Position numbers and translations under genes: made by a program. This document shows positions 13,546-39,519 of a DNA stretch of 64,000 nt, piece by piece. The DNA is from the human T2T-CHM13v2.0 reference genome, Homo sapiens. A model generated the notes under the pieces. The model worked only from the letters and a program-made list of their open reading frames with translations. It had not been told where the DNA came from and did not search any database. The first letter of the stretch is position 1, and every line of letters begins with the position of its first letter. Location of the stretch: assembly GCF_009914755.1 (NCBI RefSeq), contig NC_060934.1; one strand, written 5' to 3'.

Positions 13546-15240
13546 ATCCTATGTATTACTGTGTCTTGGTTTACAGTACTGTGTGAAACATCTCATCCTG
13601 ATGTTACTAGATAAATGATCAATGAATTATCCAAATTATCTTACTCTGGTAAGCACATTTATTGGGAGAAAAGGTTCAAACATTTGCAGTGAAAGGTTAG
13701 TTTCACTAATCTTTATTTTTGTTGTTAGTTTTTGTGAATTTCATAGTCTTATGCAACACTGAATTCTAAAGAATTTAATTTTGCCAGTACTGATTTTCCT
13801 GAGATCTTAAGAGAAGGGGTTAGTATGCTTTTGGAATTTTCTCTGGGGTTTTTAGTCTATGACTTATTAGCTTGTTAAAGCATCACATGGGTGAGGGTTT
13901 AATATGCCTGAAATAGCCTTTTTTGTTCCATGGCTGGTGATCACATGTATTGCCCAGCAGCTATCTTGCTGGGACGTGCATCAAGCAGTACAAAATTATA
14001 ACTACTAATGGAACGTGATATGCTGCTCCTGCCCTACCAATGTGAGAGCATCATAAGGGAGATTGAGTCAATCATATAATCTAGTTAATTCCACACAGAG
14101 GCTCTCCTACAAAACAAGAAAATACACTGTTGGTTCTTTCACTTATATTGTCTGGTTTTCTGGCGTGAATGTTAAAATCTGCCACTTTTTGATTGACTAC
14201 ACAGTTATTCCCCCAGGATGCTACCTTGTAATACATCATGGTCTTAAGTGGACATATAAAGGGTGAAATGTGGCCCATATTAGCCAATTTTTATTATTCA
14301 TTTCAGGAAGTTAGAAAATTGCTGTTGTAACTGATATTTAATTCACTTAAGCCTGGGTGGAATAAATTGGCATTACTCCAGACAGGGAGCAAATTGTCCT
14401 AATGCTACCTTTCTCCAGTGATTTGAAATGTCATTTTCACTATACAGGAAATTCTTTTATAGCTTTGGGTTGTTTCTGTGCTTTTTATTGAGATCCATTG
14501 ATCTTTGCATCTATTTTTAAGACAGTAATATTTTTAGTTATTGTATTCTTTTAACATAAGCAAACTTGTTTCTCTTGCTTAAAAAAACTTACCTGTTTAT
14601 TTTTTCAGATTTGTACACTAAGATTGTCTATTTCTTAAAAAAAAAATCCTGCTAGCGTATTAATTGGATTTCTATTATGTTTATTAAATAATTTGGTGAT
14701 ACACTTTGACAATAAATCTGTATCCAGAAACAGGTTTTCTTGTCCCTTAGTCTTATAGTTGTATTAATACACCTACTCTCTTCTATTTGTTTTTGTTTTA
14801 ATTGCTTTGGATTGGAAAAACAGATTACGAGTTTAGGTATTGTTTATAAAATAAGAGTAGATATGTTCTGAGAATCTAAAGCATGTTCAAAGCTTTCTTT
14901 TCCTCTACAGCTTTTAAAATATGGTACATGTGTTTTAGTGTATGGACTTTATGAAACATAGTTTGTCTCTGCAGAGGCAATTTCTAAACTTTTAGCTTTG
15001 TGGGCGGGCAGCTATCAAATGCGGGATCTATAGCAGTTTTGTGCATCTAGTAAGCCATGTATTGCCTGGTCTTAAAGTTATTTATGTCTCTTGTCCATCT
15101 GTTTCCTTTAGCTAATTGTGTTTCCAAAGGGCAGAATGCATGTGATTGTGTGCCTGATGGATTTTGGTTCCATTGAATTAACTAGTACTATACTTGTAAT
15201 TCTATAATGCAGCTCACCTCCATTTAAAAATATATATTTT

Positions 15241-15612
<372 letters not shown>

Positions 15613-15898
15613 ATGTTCCAATCCAATTTGCCTTCCATGAGTGAGAAGATCTTTGAAGACAGGGTATGTGTCTTCCTGTATTAAACTTTTTCCATTTCCT
15701 AGCCTCTTGAACAGTTCCATGTACTGTCCTAAATGAATGTTGGCTAGATCGTGTTGAAATGGCAAAGTAGCCTTTAAATAACAAAGCATAAAGAAAATAG
15801 TGACTTGAGTTTCTTGAAGAACCATACACTTTCTAAGGGATATTAGTCCTGTGTATGCAACAAGTGAGAACATTAAGAAGGCTGTTTTATTTTATCAG

Positions 15899-16017
15899 CT
15901 GTGGTTCCTGTTGATCCTGTGGAAGAAAATTATGTTCATAAAGTGGAAACTGTATTTTTTTCAATCTCCTTCCCAACTCCTTTCAAATCAAGAGTACGTC
16001 TTGTAGCAGTTTCAAAG
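15899..16017 (+). pseudogene. SelO-like pseudogene, N-terminal exon
   Basis: ttttatcag| ... AAG|gttagg; 119 nt. Encodes VVPVDPVEENYVHKVETVFFSISFPTPFKSRVRLVAVSK, matching the SelO N-terminal pattern LP.DP...R.V...FS...PTP....RLVA.S. Confidence 0.85.
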
Positions 16018-16579
16018 GTTAGGCAATATTTTTTCATAACACAAATACTTAACTCACTAAAATATTTGTTTAAAATAATTTTTTAAAGTTAATATTATTA
16101 GTCTAATTATAAATGACTATCTGTGTTTAAAATTCAAATATTTAGAGATGTCATTCTTAGAAATCACACTTTGATACTTACTCAGTTTCATCTTAAAGTG
16201 GTCTTACAAGGAAAATATGCTTTTGTGAAAAAGAAGAAAATGAGTTAAATTGTTATCTTACATATCCTTTATCTAATGGTTTAGAACAATAAATTCTAAA
16301 TTGTTCTCTCATGATATAAATGAATTTGGGCTAAAAATAGGATATTTACTTTTTTCTATTTCCTTAAATGAATTTGTGCTAGGAAAAACATTGTTTTACC
16401 ATATGTCATAAGAAAGCCATAAAAATTTCTGAACCATCTAATAAGAACTAATTTTTCCCAAATAGCATAAACATAGAAAGTATGGTACATCTCTTATGAA
16501 AAAATATTAATAATATATTTTCAGAAGAGGTTTATTCTTTGAATTTTCTTCCATTAAGTCTCTATTTTTAAAAATTATT

Positions 16580-17500
16580 AGGCCAGGCACAGTAGCTCAC
16601 TTCTGTAATCGTAGCACTTTGGGAGGCCAAAGTAGGAGGATCACTTGAGCCCAGAAGGTTAAGGCTGCAGTGAGCCATGATTGTGCCTCTGCACTCCAGC
16701 CTGGGTGACTGAGTGAGCTTGTGTCTCAAAAAAAAAAAAGTACTGAAAGAAGACTTAGGTTTGTAAATTTGTTTTTCCTGCCTCAGGAAGTTCTAGAAGA
16801 TATTTTGGACCTTGATTTATCAAGGTCCCTTTACCAAGATCCATTCCACTGGCTCACCGATATGGAGGCCACCAGGTAAGAGTAGCAACAGTACCATTTC
16901 CCTTATGCAAATAGAATTATTTGATGGAAATGCTGTCCTACTAAAGAAATTATTTTGCATTAGTTTTTAAAATAGTGCATTGGGAGTTCAACAAGGTGTG
17001 TCTAAAGGAATATGTCATCAGAAGATGTTTATAGATTAGCTGATGTGATTTCTTGCTGTGCTAAAGCTAGAACCTAATACTTTGAATGACATTGAGAATA
17101 CTGGAGCAGCAAAAACAGAAAATTTCTGTGGGTTATTGCTAGAGAACTCATTCAGTGCACTTTTGGCAAGAGATTTTGGCAAAATGAAGCAGTACAACAT
17201 GTCAGTATAAAAGGACAAATAAGCCAGGTGCGGTGGCTCACGCCTATAATCCCAGCATTTTGTGAGGCAGAGGCAGGCAGATAGCTTGAGACTAGGAGTT
17301 CAAGACCAGCCTGGGCAACATGGCTGTACAAAAATTAGCCAGGCATAGTGATGTGTGCCTGTGGTCCCAGCCATTTGGGTGGCTAAAGCAGGAGGATCTC
17401 TTGAACCTCGGAGGCAGAGGTTGCAGTGAGCCAAAGTTGGGCCACCACACTACAGCCTGGGTGACAGAGTGAGACCCTGTCTCAAAAAATAAATGAATAA
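16580..17500 (+). mobile_element. Two Alus (deleted Alu 16580-16739; Alu 17222-17500) on either side of the 16787 SelO-like exon
   Basis: Alu consensus blocks. Confidence 0.85.
16787..16875 (+). pseudogene. SelO-like pseudogene, next exon (internal deletion and frameshift)
   Basis: cctcag| ... CAG|gtaaga; 89 nt, not a multiple of 3 although both ends are phase 0. Reads EVLEDILDLDLS, then in a shifted frame PRSIPLAHRYGGHQ, the hallmark SelO/YdiU P.A..Y.GHQ(FG) motif. Confidence 0.9.
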
Positions 17501-18064
17501 AACAGACAAAAAGAAAGACGAATAGATTATAATTATATCAAGATAGCCATAGAACAAAGTTGTACAACTACTACAGTAGGAGTAAATCAAGATTCCTTGT
17601 AGGTGTTATATGGGCTGCAGAAATCAGGAAGCAATTAAGGCACATTCTGGAAATAAAGCAAGATGTTGAAACAAGTTCAGGGTATGGTATCTGACTAATT
17701 AAAAAAAGAAACGGAACATTGGACCAATCATTGAAATTTCTGTGACTTTCCTGTAAGCTAGATAAGATTAACACTCTCTGGTCGTTTGGGGGCTTTTTGG
17801 TTGAGGCTGGTTTGCTCAGGAACAATTTTTAAGACAAATAGTAAAGTATCATAGGGTTGGTGTAGGATTAGATTAGGAAATATATGAAAAGTGCTTAACA
17901 TGTTAACTATTACAATTATTGTAACATCAGGTTCTGGTTTGCTGGGTTAGTTATTTCCTTTCTTCTTCAAAGTCCTGTAGGCTAAGAGGCAAAGTAATAC
18001 AAGCCATTAGGAGGACTTTTAAGGGTCACCTGTGACAAACTTGAACACCAATTTCTTTTTCTTT

Positions 18065-19872
<1,808 letters not shown>

Positions 19873-19997
19873 ACTTTGAATGCACTGTTGAGGTTCCTCC
19901 TGACAAACGTTTGTGGACAAAGGAAGCTGCAGTCCTATGCTTCCAATTTAATAGTTAACTTATAACTTAGTAAAGACTTAATTGATGCGTATATGTT

Positions 19998-20740
19998 TTA
20001 TGGCTGATTAAAGATGACCACAAATTATTTGACACCTCTCCCATCAAGAGGTGGTGTCAGCCTATGCAGCATAGTGAGACCTCGTCTCTACAAAATGAAA
20101 AAAAAGAGTTAGCTGGAAGTGGAAGCACACGCCTGTGGTTTCAGCTACTCAAGAAGCTGAGACACGAGAATCACTTGAGCCCATGAGTTGGAGGCGACAG
20201 CACCATTGCACTCTAGCCTGGGGGACAGAGCAAGACCTTGTCTCCAAAAAAAAAAAGGGGGGGTAGTGTCTATTTTCCCTTCCATTGAATCTAGGCTAGC
20301 CCGTGATTGCCTGAAGCAAAAGAAGGTGGCAGAAATGACCCTGTGCCAGCTCTGGGAGCCTAGCTTTTAAGAGAACCGGCAGCTTTTGCCTTGGCTTCTT
20401 GGGGCCCTGAGCGAAGCATTAGCTTACCCTGCCGAAGGGCCACGTGGAGAGGCTCTGAGACTCCATGAAAAATAGACGGCCCCAGCTGAGCGCAGCCTTC
20501 CAGGTGTTCTGTGAAGGCACCAGGCTCATAAGAAGCATCTTGGCTCCTCCAGACCAGCCTAGCTGCCAGCTGAACACCACCCGACACCCAGTCCATATGA
20601 CCACAGAACAGAAGACTCACCCAGCCAGGCTCTGCCCAAATTTCTGGCTCACTAAATCCTGACATATGATGAAATAGTCATTGTTTTAAACTACTAGACT
20701 TGCGGCTGTTCATTACAACATGTTGGTAACTGAAATATGC
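19998..20740 (+). mobile_element. MLT1-type MaLR LTR interrupted by an Alu (20058-20256)
   Basis: MLT1-like motifs (cccagccaggctctgcccaaatttctggctcac...tgttttaaactact). Confidence 0.7.
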
Positions 20741-21032
20741 TAATTTATTACTCTTTTGATAATCTTTTAAAGGAGAGAACTGTTTTCTATTTTTCTCTTT
20801 CCATCTTATAAATACTATCCTATATTTACTTGAAATCTCAAATATGTAGAGATAACATTCACTTGAGTAACACTTGGCAGATTCTGTGAATACAAGGCTT
20901 GTGGGATTGATTCCATGTGGAAAGGAATTCTGAAGTTACCCTTCCTGCAGACAGGAACAACAGTGGGGGGTAGCCTCAATCCTATGACTTTCATCCTCTT
21001 TGCTAGGGCTTTAAATTAAGTATAAAATTTCT

Positions 21033-24305
<3,273 letters not shown>

Positions 24306-24433
24306 TGTTGTATTGTGTAAAAAATATTTTCCATTAAGGTTAGTTGAATCCATGGATGAAGAAGCCATGGGTACAGAAAGCTGCCTGTAGCTGATCAGAG
24401 AACCACTCCAGACTGATTTTTAAGTTGACTGAC

Positions 24434-24615
24434 CTTCCTTAGAGGTTTCAGCAGGACAACACCACACCCTTCTCCACATCCATAGCCACCTACCCTTTTA
24501 GAGAAAAGTTTACTCATCCCATCTGGAGATATCATTTTGGCTTTGCTCAACATGACATTAAACGAAGGGTCTAACATGCAGCTCACTCCACCACAGAGAG
24601 CTGTTTCACAGTCTC
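24434..24615 (-). pseudogene. PKS pseudogene coding exon 5
   Basis: ggttgcag| ... AAG|gtcagt; 182 nt. GDCETALCGGVSCMLDPSFNVMLSKAKMISPDGMSKLFSKRVGGYGCGEGCGVVLLKPLRK. Confidence 0.93.
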
Positions 24616-25152
24616 CTGCAACCAAGCAACAAATAGCAAACCCAGTGAGAAGAAATAGTGTTTGATTCATATACACAGTGGCTTCCCATCTCATCAGAGA
24701 TTACCTCTCTTGGGAGGTAAACACTAAGGGTCCCCTTCTCATGGAATATAATGTGAATGGGGTCCCCTGAGGTTGTATAGTGTAGAGATACAGGACTGGA
24801 AAAATAACAGAACTGAGAATTTAGAGATTTGGAGTCTGGTCTTAGCTCTGTCACCATTTAGGGGTGACATTTAAGGATGGATATTAATCAAGTCATTTAA
24901 TCTTACTGGACTCATTTCTTGGCACCATAACACAGATGGGTTAAACCAGAGATCTCTAATATTATTAATATCTCTAGCTCAAATATACAAATCTGAGATA
25001 AACTTTGATAGTGAGCTTTCTTCATTTAGTTTAAAGAATCTTGCAAAAGGGCCAGGCGTGGTGGCTCACACCTGTAATCCCAGCAGAGCAGCTGTCAGTG
25101 CAATACTTTCAACAGCCTTGTCTTTTGCCAATTGAAAAGCTTGGGTCAGGGA

Positions 25153-26715
<1,563 letters not shown>

Positions 26716-26775
26716 AAAATTGTTCAATTTTTTGGTAATCATGCCTCATGTCTTGGTTACCTAACTTCAGCATAC

Positions 26776-26978
26776 CTTGTTTAATTGCAAGGAAGGCGTA
26801 GTACAGTGCAACAAAAGATGATGAGCATGCAGAATCTATAGCAAAAGAGGGGCCAGTTAGGTTAAACACATAAGAAATCCTGTTAGCAGCTATGCTCATT
26901 GCAGATCCAGTGGCATTACGGTGGTTTGCATTCTTGGAGTTCTACGGGACATAAATTCATAGTCTTGATTCATAATAC
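26776..26978 (-). pseudogene. PKS pseudogene coding exon 4 (catalytic Cys; frameshift)
   Basis: ttttatag| ... AAG|gtatgc; 203 nt where phase 1-1 requires a multiple of 3. [15 protein letters not shown] /fs/ [52 protein letters not shown]. Cys codon at 26827-26825. Confidence 0.95.
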
Positions 26979-27469
26979 CTATAAAAAATCAAAAAGATTT
27001 TCAGTGAGTCTCTTACTAAAAGGAAAAAAAAGCTTTCTTGCTTTTTTACTTACCATGTAGATTTAAAAACATATTAAGATATCCATCTCGTCTCTTTCAT
27101 TTACATTGGCCACGACCACTAATCATAATAAAAGAATGTAAAACCCGATGACGTGTGAGTATCCTTTACTTCTGGGAGTAAGTAAGTTTTTGTTAAATTT
27201 CATATTTTTATGACAAGTGATATAACATAGACATTCTTCTTACAACAAAATAACATTTGCCATCTCTAAAAGCACTTGTCAGTTTTGCAAAATGCTTTCG
27301 TAGACATTTCACCATCCGAGTTCACATCCTCCCATAGCTAAAGGACAGATAGATAGATATTTTTAGCATAATCTTAGAACCCATGTAAATTGAAGCCCAG
27401 AAAAGCTAAAGAAAGTCATTTAAGGTCATTTAATTTTATAAAAGAGATGAGCCAGGATGCTAGTTAAAT

Positions 27470-28560
27470 GCTTCAGATTCAGCACACTGAAATATATTCA
27501 CTTCCCTTAAAGGCTGAGCTGTCACATCACTTCAGACCACAATCTTTTTTTCTTCCTTTCTGCCTCTACCTGGGAAATCTCATTCATTCCCACGGCTTCA
27601 GTTACCATCTAGTTCTGATGACACTCAATTATCTCTCTAGCCCAATCTCTCCTACATTCCAAAAACATGTTTCTAAATCATACTCCACATCTCTCCTCCA
27701 ATGGTCTACAGACACCTAAGATTCAACCACCTTACCAAGGTTGATCCACAAGAATCTCAGACTCAACGGATTCAAAACAGAATTCAACTTCTTTCCACTT
27801 CCTCAAACCCAAACTTGTACATCCTACCTATATTGTGAGTGCTTCCACCAAGCCACAAACCTCAGTGGAATCCTGGACTCCTTTCTACTCTTAATAACCT
27901 ACATCTAATCATTTACCATGTACTGTCCATTGGGCCTTTATAAATTTCTCTTAAATCTGCAGACTCTTCTACCTTACTTCTGGACAGCATCCTCTCTTCC
28001 CTGAATTACTAAATTAGTCTCCAACTTGATGTTTCTGCCTCCAGCCTTGCCCCCTCCCTGCAACCCCTCAATCCGCATTCGACTCTGTGGCCAGTGTGAT
28101 CTTTGAAGAATAGAAATCCAATCATGATCTCCTCTGGGTCACGCTTTTCTCCTGCTTTCCAACACTTCAGTGTCTTCCCACGGTCCTCAAGAAAGTCCAA
28201 CTCCTTTATAGGTCTCCAAGTTTTCCACCACCAACCTCTCCAGACTTGTTTCCTCAAGAGATATTGTACTCTAGGACTGGCCATACCAAACTTTCCATTC
28301 CAGGAACTCAACCTGGGTTTTTTTACCTCCTCACCTCTGGAAAGACTATTCTTAAAATTCCCTATTTCTGGATGCTCTTCCTTTCATTCTCTCCCCACTT
28401 ATTGGGTCACTTCTGGGCATCCTTTAGGTTTCAGCTTTGATGTTACTTCTTCCTGTGCAGCCTGCCCTCACTCACCAAGACTGAGGTTGGCACTCTCTTC
28501 CCTGTGGATTCCACAGCCCCTGTGCTCACCCTGAATGTGCTACTTGTCACTCATATAAAA
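27470..28560 (-). mobile_element. L2-like fragment
   Basis: Pyrimidine-rich L2-type motifs (ctcattcattcccacggcttcagttaccatct; ctcagactcaac...tcaaaacagaa). Confidence 0.6.
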
Positions 28561-29589
28561 ATCATCTCCCTCCATGTAACTTCATGGTAACCTCGCTGTG
28601 ATTCTCCCAGGTATAAATCTTCAGTAGGTACGGACAAATTAGCCCCAACACACATGAACCACATAAGCCTTCATATTCTAATCATGGTTTAATACCAAGA
28701 CAGTTTCAGTTGAATTGTCTAGACACAGTGGAAAATATGAAGAAAGAAAGACTTAGTTGAGGAAACGTGGAGGCTGACTTTGATGAGTTTCTTGGTAACT
28801 TGATAAGGAGAAAATACTTAGGGCAGCCTTAAATTGAGAAGCTTGGTAAGCTTTAGTTAGTAGAATTTAGCTAGTGGCATTCCACCCTAAGTTGCTTTTT
28901 ATTATAAAACAACTATTGCTGTAATACATTATTACTTTTATTAACAAAAATTAAATTTCACCAGTGCCTTATTTGAGGCTTAGAATAAAGGTTGAGAACA
29001 AGATAGGTCTGCAAATTTAAGTGCCCATTACCTAGAGGGTACCTGCCCTGGATCCGAAGTTAATTTCAAAAGACATCTGGGAGTAGGAAATCTCAGATTT
29101 CAATTGGCTCCAAGAAGTTCCTTAGGGATCCAGATCCCGTTTAGACTCTGGAATTCAGAAGCTCAAAGTTAGCCTAATATATACTCCTTGAGTCAATATA
29201 TTTTCCTAATATATACTCCTTGAGTCATTGCGGTCTACACTGATCCACTAGGGTCAATGAAGTGCCCGGATCTCTGCAATCTATCAAGTTGTCTGATGTG
29301 TGGCTCCTATGGACCTATAGTCATTGACACTCATTCCAGGCTGTCAGGAAATATCTCTGTGTATAGAGGTTTTACTGGTCTTCCTGGAAACCCTGGGGAA
29401 TACTGAGAAGAGAAATATGAGTGATAACTACACGGTTTTAGAAAGAGAAATGTTTTTGTGGCAAGGCTGGAGAGGAGGCAAATACTCAGTGATCATAATT
29501 GAAACCAGCCACACACATCAAAACCATAGCAAAGCTGGCCTGAGAATTGTTGTTTGATGGTTTTTGGTTTCTGTTCATTGCTCTCTCAC

Positions 29590-29750
29590 CAATGAAGACT
29601 CCTGTCCTGGAACCAGCCACCTCCTTGGCAGGGACTCCAGCACTCTCCAGGGCTCCATAGGTGCATTCCAGAAGCAATTTCTGCTGAGGATCCAGACATT
29701 CAGCTTCCAAGTCACTAATTCCAAACAAGTTATTGTCAAATTCATTCAAT
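29590..29750 (-). pseudogene. PKS pseudogene coding exon 3
   Basis: ttctttgtag| ... TTG|gtgaga; 161 nt. LNEFDNNLFGISDLEAECLDPQQKLLLECTYGALESAGVPAKEVAGSRTGVFIG, containing the KS DPQQ motif. Confidence 0.95.
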
Positions 29751-29907
29751 CTACAAAGAACAAAATGGCATTAAATGGCCTCTGAAGAATACCTACTTAG
29801 ATTAGTATTTATGCATTTTTTTTCTTCTGTAAAATGTGGTTGCCAAACTTTCAGATTATGTTGGCTCATCTCATGTAATCATTAGTTTCTGTTACCTTTT
29901 ACTTTCT

Positions 29908-31802
<1,895 letters not shown>

Positions 31803-31885
31803 GAAAACATAAAGAATTTCATTAACAGGATTTTAAATAAACTAACCAGATGAACTATTTTTGGAAATTCCAGCAATAATCTTAC

Positions 31886-32039
31886 CTTTCAATAGAAGCA
31901 GCTCTTCCTGCCCAGCTTTTACCTGGCTTGGTGTCATCTGCATCATACCATCCTTCAATATTAAGCCTTTCTGGTAAAATCTCTACCGTGCAGTTTCTGC
32001 CTTCCATAAGCACTTGCCAGAAGTTGTCAATTCCCTCTC
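31886..32039 (-). pseudogene. PKS pseudogene coding exon 2
   Basis: ttctaatag| ... AAG|gtaaga; 154 nt. [52 protein letters not shown]. Confidence 0.93.
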
Positions 32040-32046
32040 CTATTAG

Positions 32047-32415
<369 letters not shown>

Positions 32416-32681
32416 TCAAAACTTTTCCTAATTACTGTCGGTAATAAGTTAGGAATTATAATTCAGAAGTATACTCTCAAAATTCTAAAATGAAAAACCG
32501 AGGAATAAATGTACTAAGAAATGTGCAAGATTTATGTGAAGAAAAAAAACTAAAGCTAAAAATGGGCATGAAACAAGCCTTGAAGAAATTAAGAGATACA
32601 ACCGCTTCTTGCTAGACTCGTTCAAGATACTGATTCTTACTTAGTAAAACAACTATAACCAACCATTTGTTCTTTTTTTAA

Positions 32682-36691
<4,010 letters not shown>

Positions 36692-38286
36692 TAGGTCAGA
36701 GGATAGATTTGTTTGCTGTACAATGATAATGACTTTCTGGAAGGGAGGGCGGTTTGTTTGTAGCACTTCATATTTTGTAGCACTTCAATTTTTTTTTTAT
36801 TGAGGTTTCTTAAGTTTAAGGCTTCTTAGCTGTCACACAAGCTCACTGCGTGTGCAAAGGACTTTCTCGTGGCACAGCAGCCAGGATGGGCTTCATGTGC
36901 ATGTTCATTCTCCTTGGTCCCCCACACTCCTTCCAAGTCTCACTGCACAAAACAGAGCAGCCAGATGGAAGGTGCACCTGCCATGTGTTGGTCACAGCCA
37001 AGGAACCTCACACGTAAGAAATCCACTATTTTCAGAGGACTACGAACACACCTGCCCATCACAGCATCCGTGATAATGCGGCAGGCTCACCTTTAGACGA
37101 TGAGTAGGGAAAGCTCAGTTCCTTCAGTGTTTGGCAGTTTGGCATTTATCAAACCGTCCCCACCCCCGGAAACTTCGATGCTTCAAGCAATAGATTTAGA
37201 AATTTGCTTAATACCTATTCTGTTATTATAACCTGAGTTAATAATACTTCCCATTTGAAGGTATACTTCAAATTATTTATAAATAGCCATTGCTTGCTTA
37301 CCCAGGACCGGAACTTTTTGTGCATCCCAAAGAAAACAGATCCCATTTCTTTACTACCCGTGTATTCCCTAGGAGTAAAGTGGGTCAAATGGAGAAAAGG
37401 TCAGGTGAATGTATATCTTTAGCTACATGTCTAAAATTGTATTAAAGTCTCAAAAAAGTGTTTGGAGCCAACTGGTGGATTATAACTTTCATCTATTTGA
37501 ATCGAAATGAGTTCAAGTCATGGAGCCAGGGATAAACCTTTTTATATCGGCTTCTCAGGGATTTGTGGGCCACAGACTCAGAAGATATAATATTTTCTCT
37601 TTTCTTCAGAGCATAATGATATTTTGTTACATTTTGTAGCATACACACACAAAGGGATAAAATACAGATAAAAATATGCATTTTGCACAGACAAAAGGCA
37701 CTGTACTAATGCACGTTTATAATGCATCTCTTACAACTCAGGGATGTAAACTAAGGATTGATTGCCTTGTATACAATGGTAGGCTAAATTGAGACAGAGA
37801 CACAAGTCCATTTTGGTCCTCTCATTAAGCACCTGATTTAATACAGGATTCACTTCAGCCAAGGCAGGTGCATTACTTTTTCCAGCTGCCTGCAGAAGGC
37901 CCTGACAAACTATACCTTCAGGGCAAAGGAGAAAGCCCGCTACTGCCCTGCAGAATGTGCCCTGCCCTACTTCTGAACGCCCTAACACTAATCCCATGTT
38001 GCATAATCAGATATTATGGCTACTTGAGAGGAGACCAAAAACAAAACAAAACAAACAACAACAACAAAAAAAACAGGCTCCCAAATTCCCCAGGAATAAA
38101 GCTTTGAATGCTTCTTTTGACTTTGCAAAGCTGTCTCTACAGTTCTATGCATGCCTGAATAAGACCTGTAATTATTTTAGCAACCATCCTTTCTCTACAC
38201 TGCTGCCTTGTCATGATCGCAAACCATTCTGAGCAATTAAACCTAGAATAATTTTGCAAAGGTAAACGAGCATCTAAAGTGTTTGG

Positions 38287-38600
<314 letters not shown>

Positions 38601-39058
38601 ATGTTTGGCTTATAGAAATTTGCTGTGGCCCATGTTTTGAGTTGCTGGTCATTATTCAATCTGGTCATAACTTTCTGGTATCTCCCAATTACAAGCCCCA
38701 GCCAAGAGGTGCATCCTCCCTCCTACTTGCAGAATCTGAAAATCATGGCCTGTTTCATCCTCTGCCTGGTCCTGTCTGGTATCCCTGGGATCCACGCCCT
38801 GATGGAAATGTAATGCTCTGGCCCCCTGGGCATGTATGCGCAAGCCACATGCACAGACTCTACTTATGAACAGCAACACAGTTACAATGCGGCTGCAACA
38901 CAGTAATCACCGTTGGACAGAGATAAACATTTTATATCTGCTTGTCAGAGTTCTAGATTCCATTTAAGTGGATTCATAAGTGTTGAGGCCTTAGGGATAT
39001 AAACTGATAACATACCCTCCTGTTTCAGTCCTACACCAACTTAGAAATAAAACCAAAA

Positions 39059-39375
<317 letters not shown>

Positions 39376-39519
39376 TCAATATCCAAAGATGCTATTCCTG
39401 GTGAAGGATATCAAGCCAAATGTGACTTGATGCCTTGACCAAAAAAGACTTTTCTAGTATTTTCTCCTAGTCTTGACTCTGGAAACTGAACAAAGAGAAG
39501 GCTGGTCCACAAAACAGAC

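Noticed and set aside
14081-14287. Minus-strand ORF beginning ANMGH, superficially like the KS K.NMGH His motif (possible further PKS exon)
   Set aside because: Flanks do not match IGSVKGNIGH.E.AAG.AGLIK and no HGTGT motif was found upstream; likely chance.
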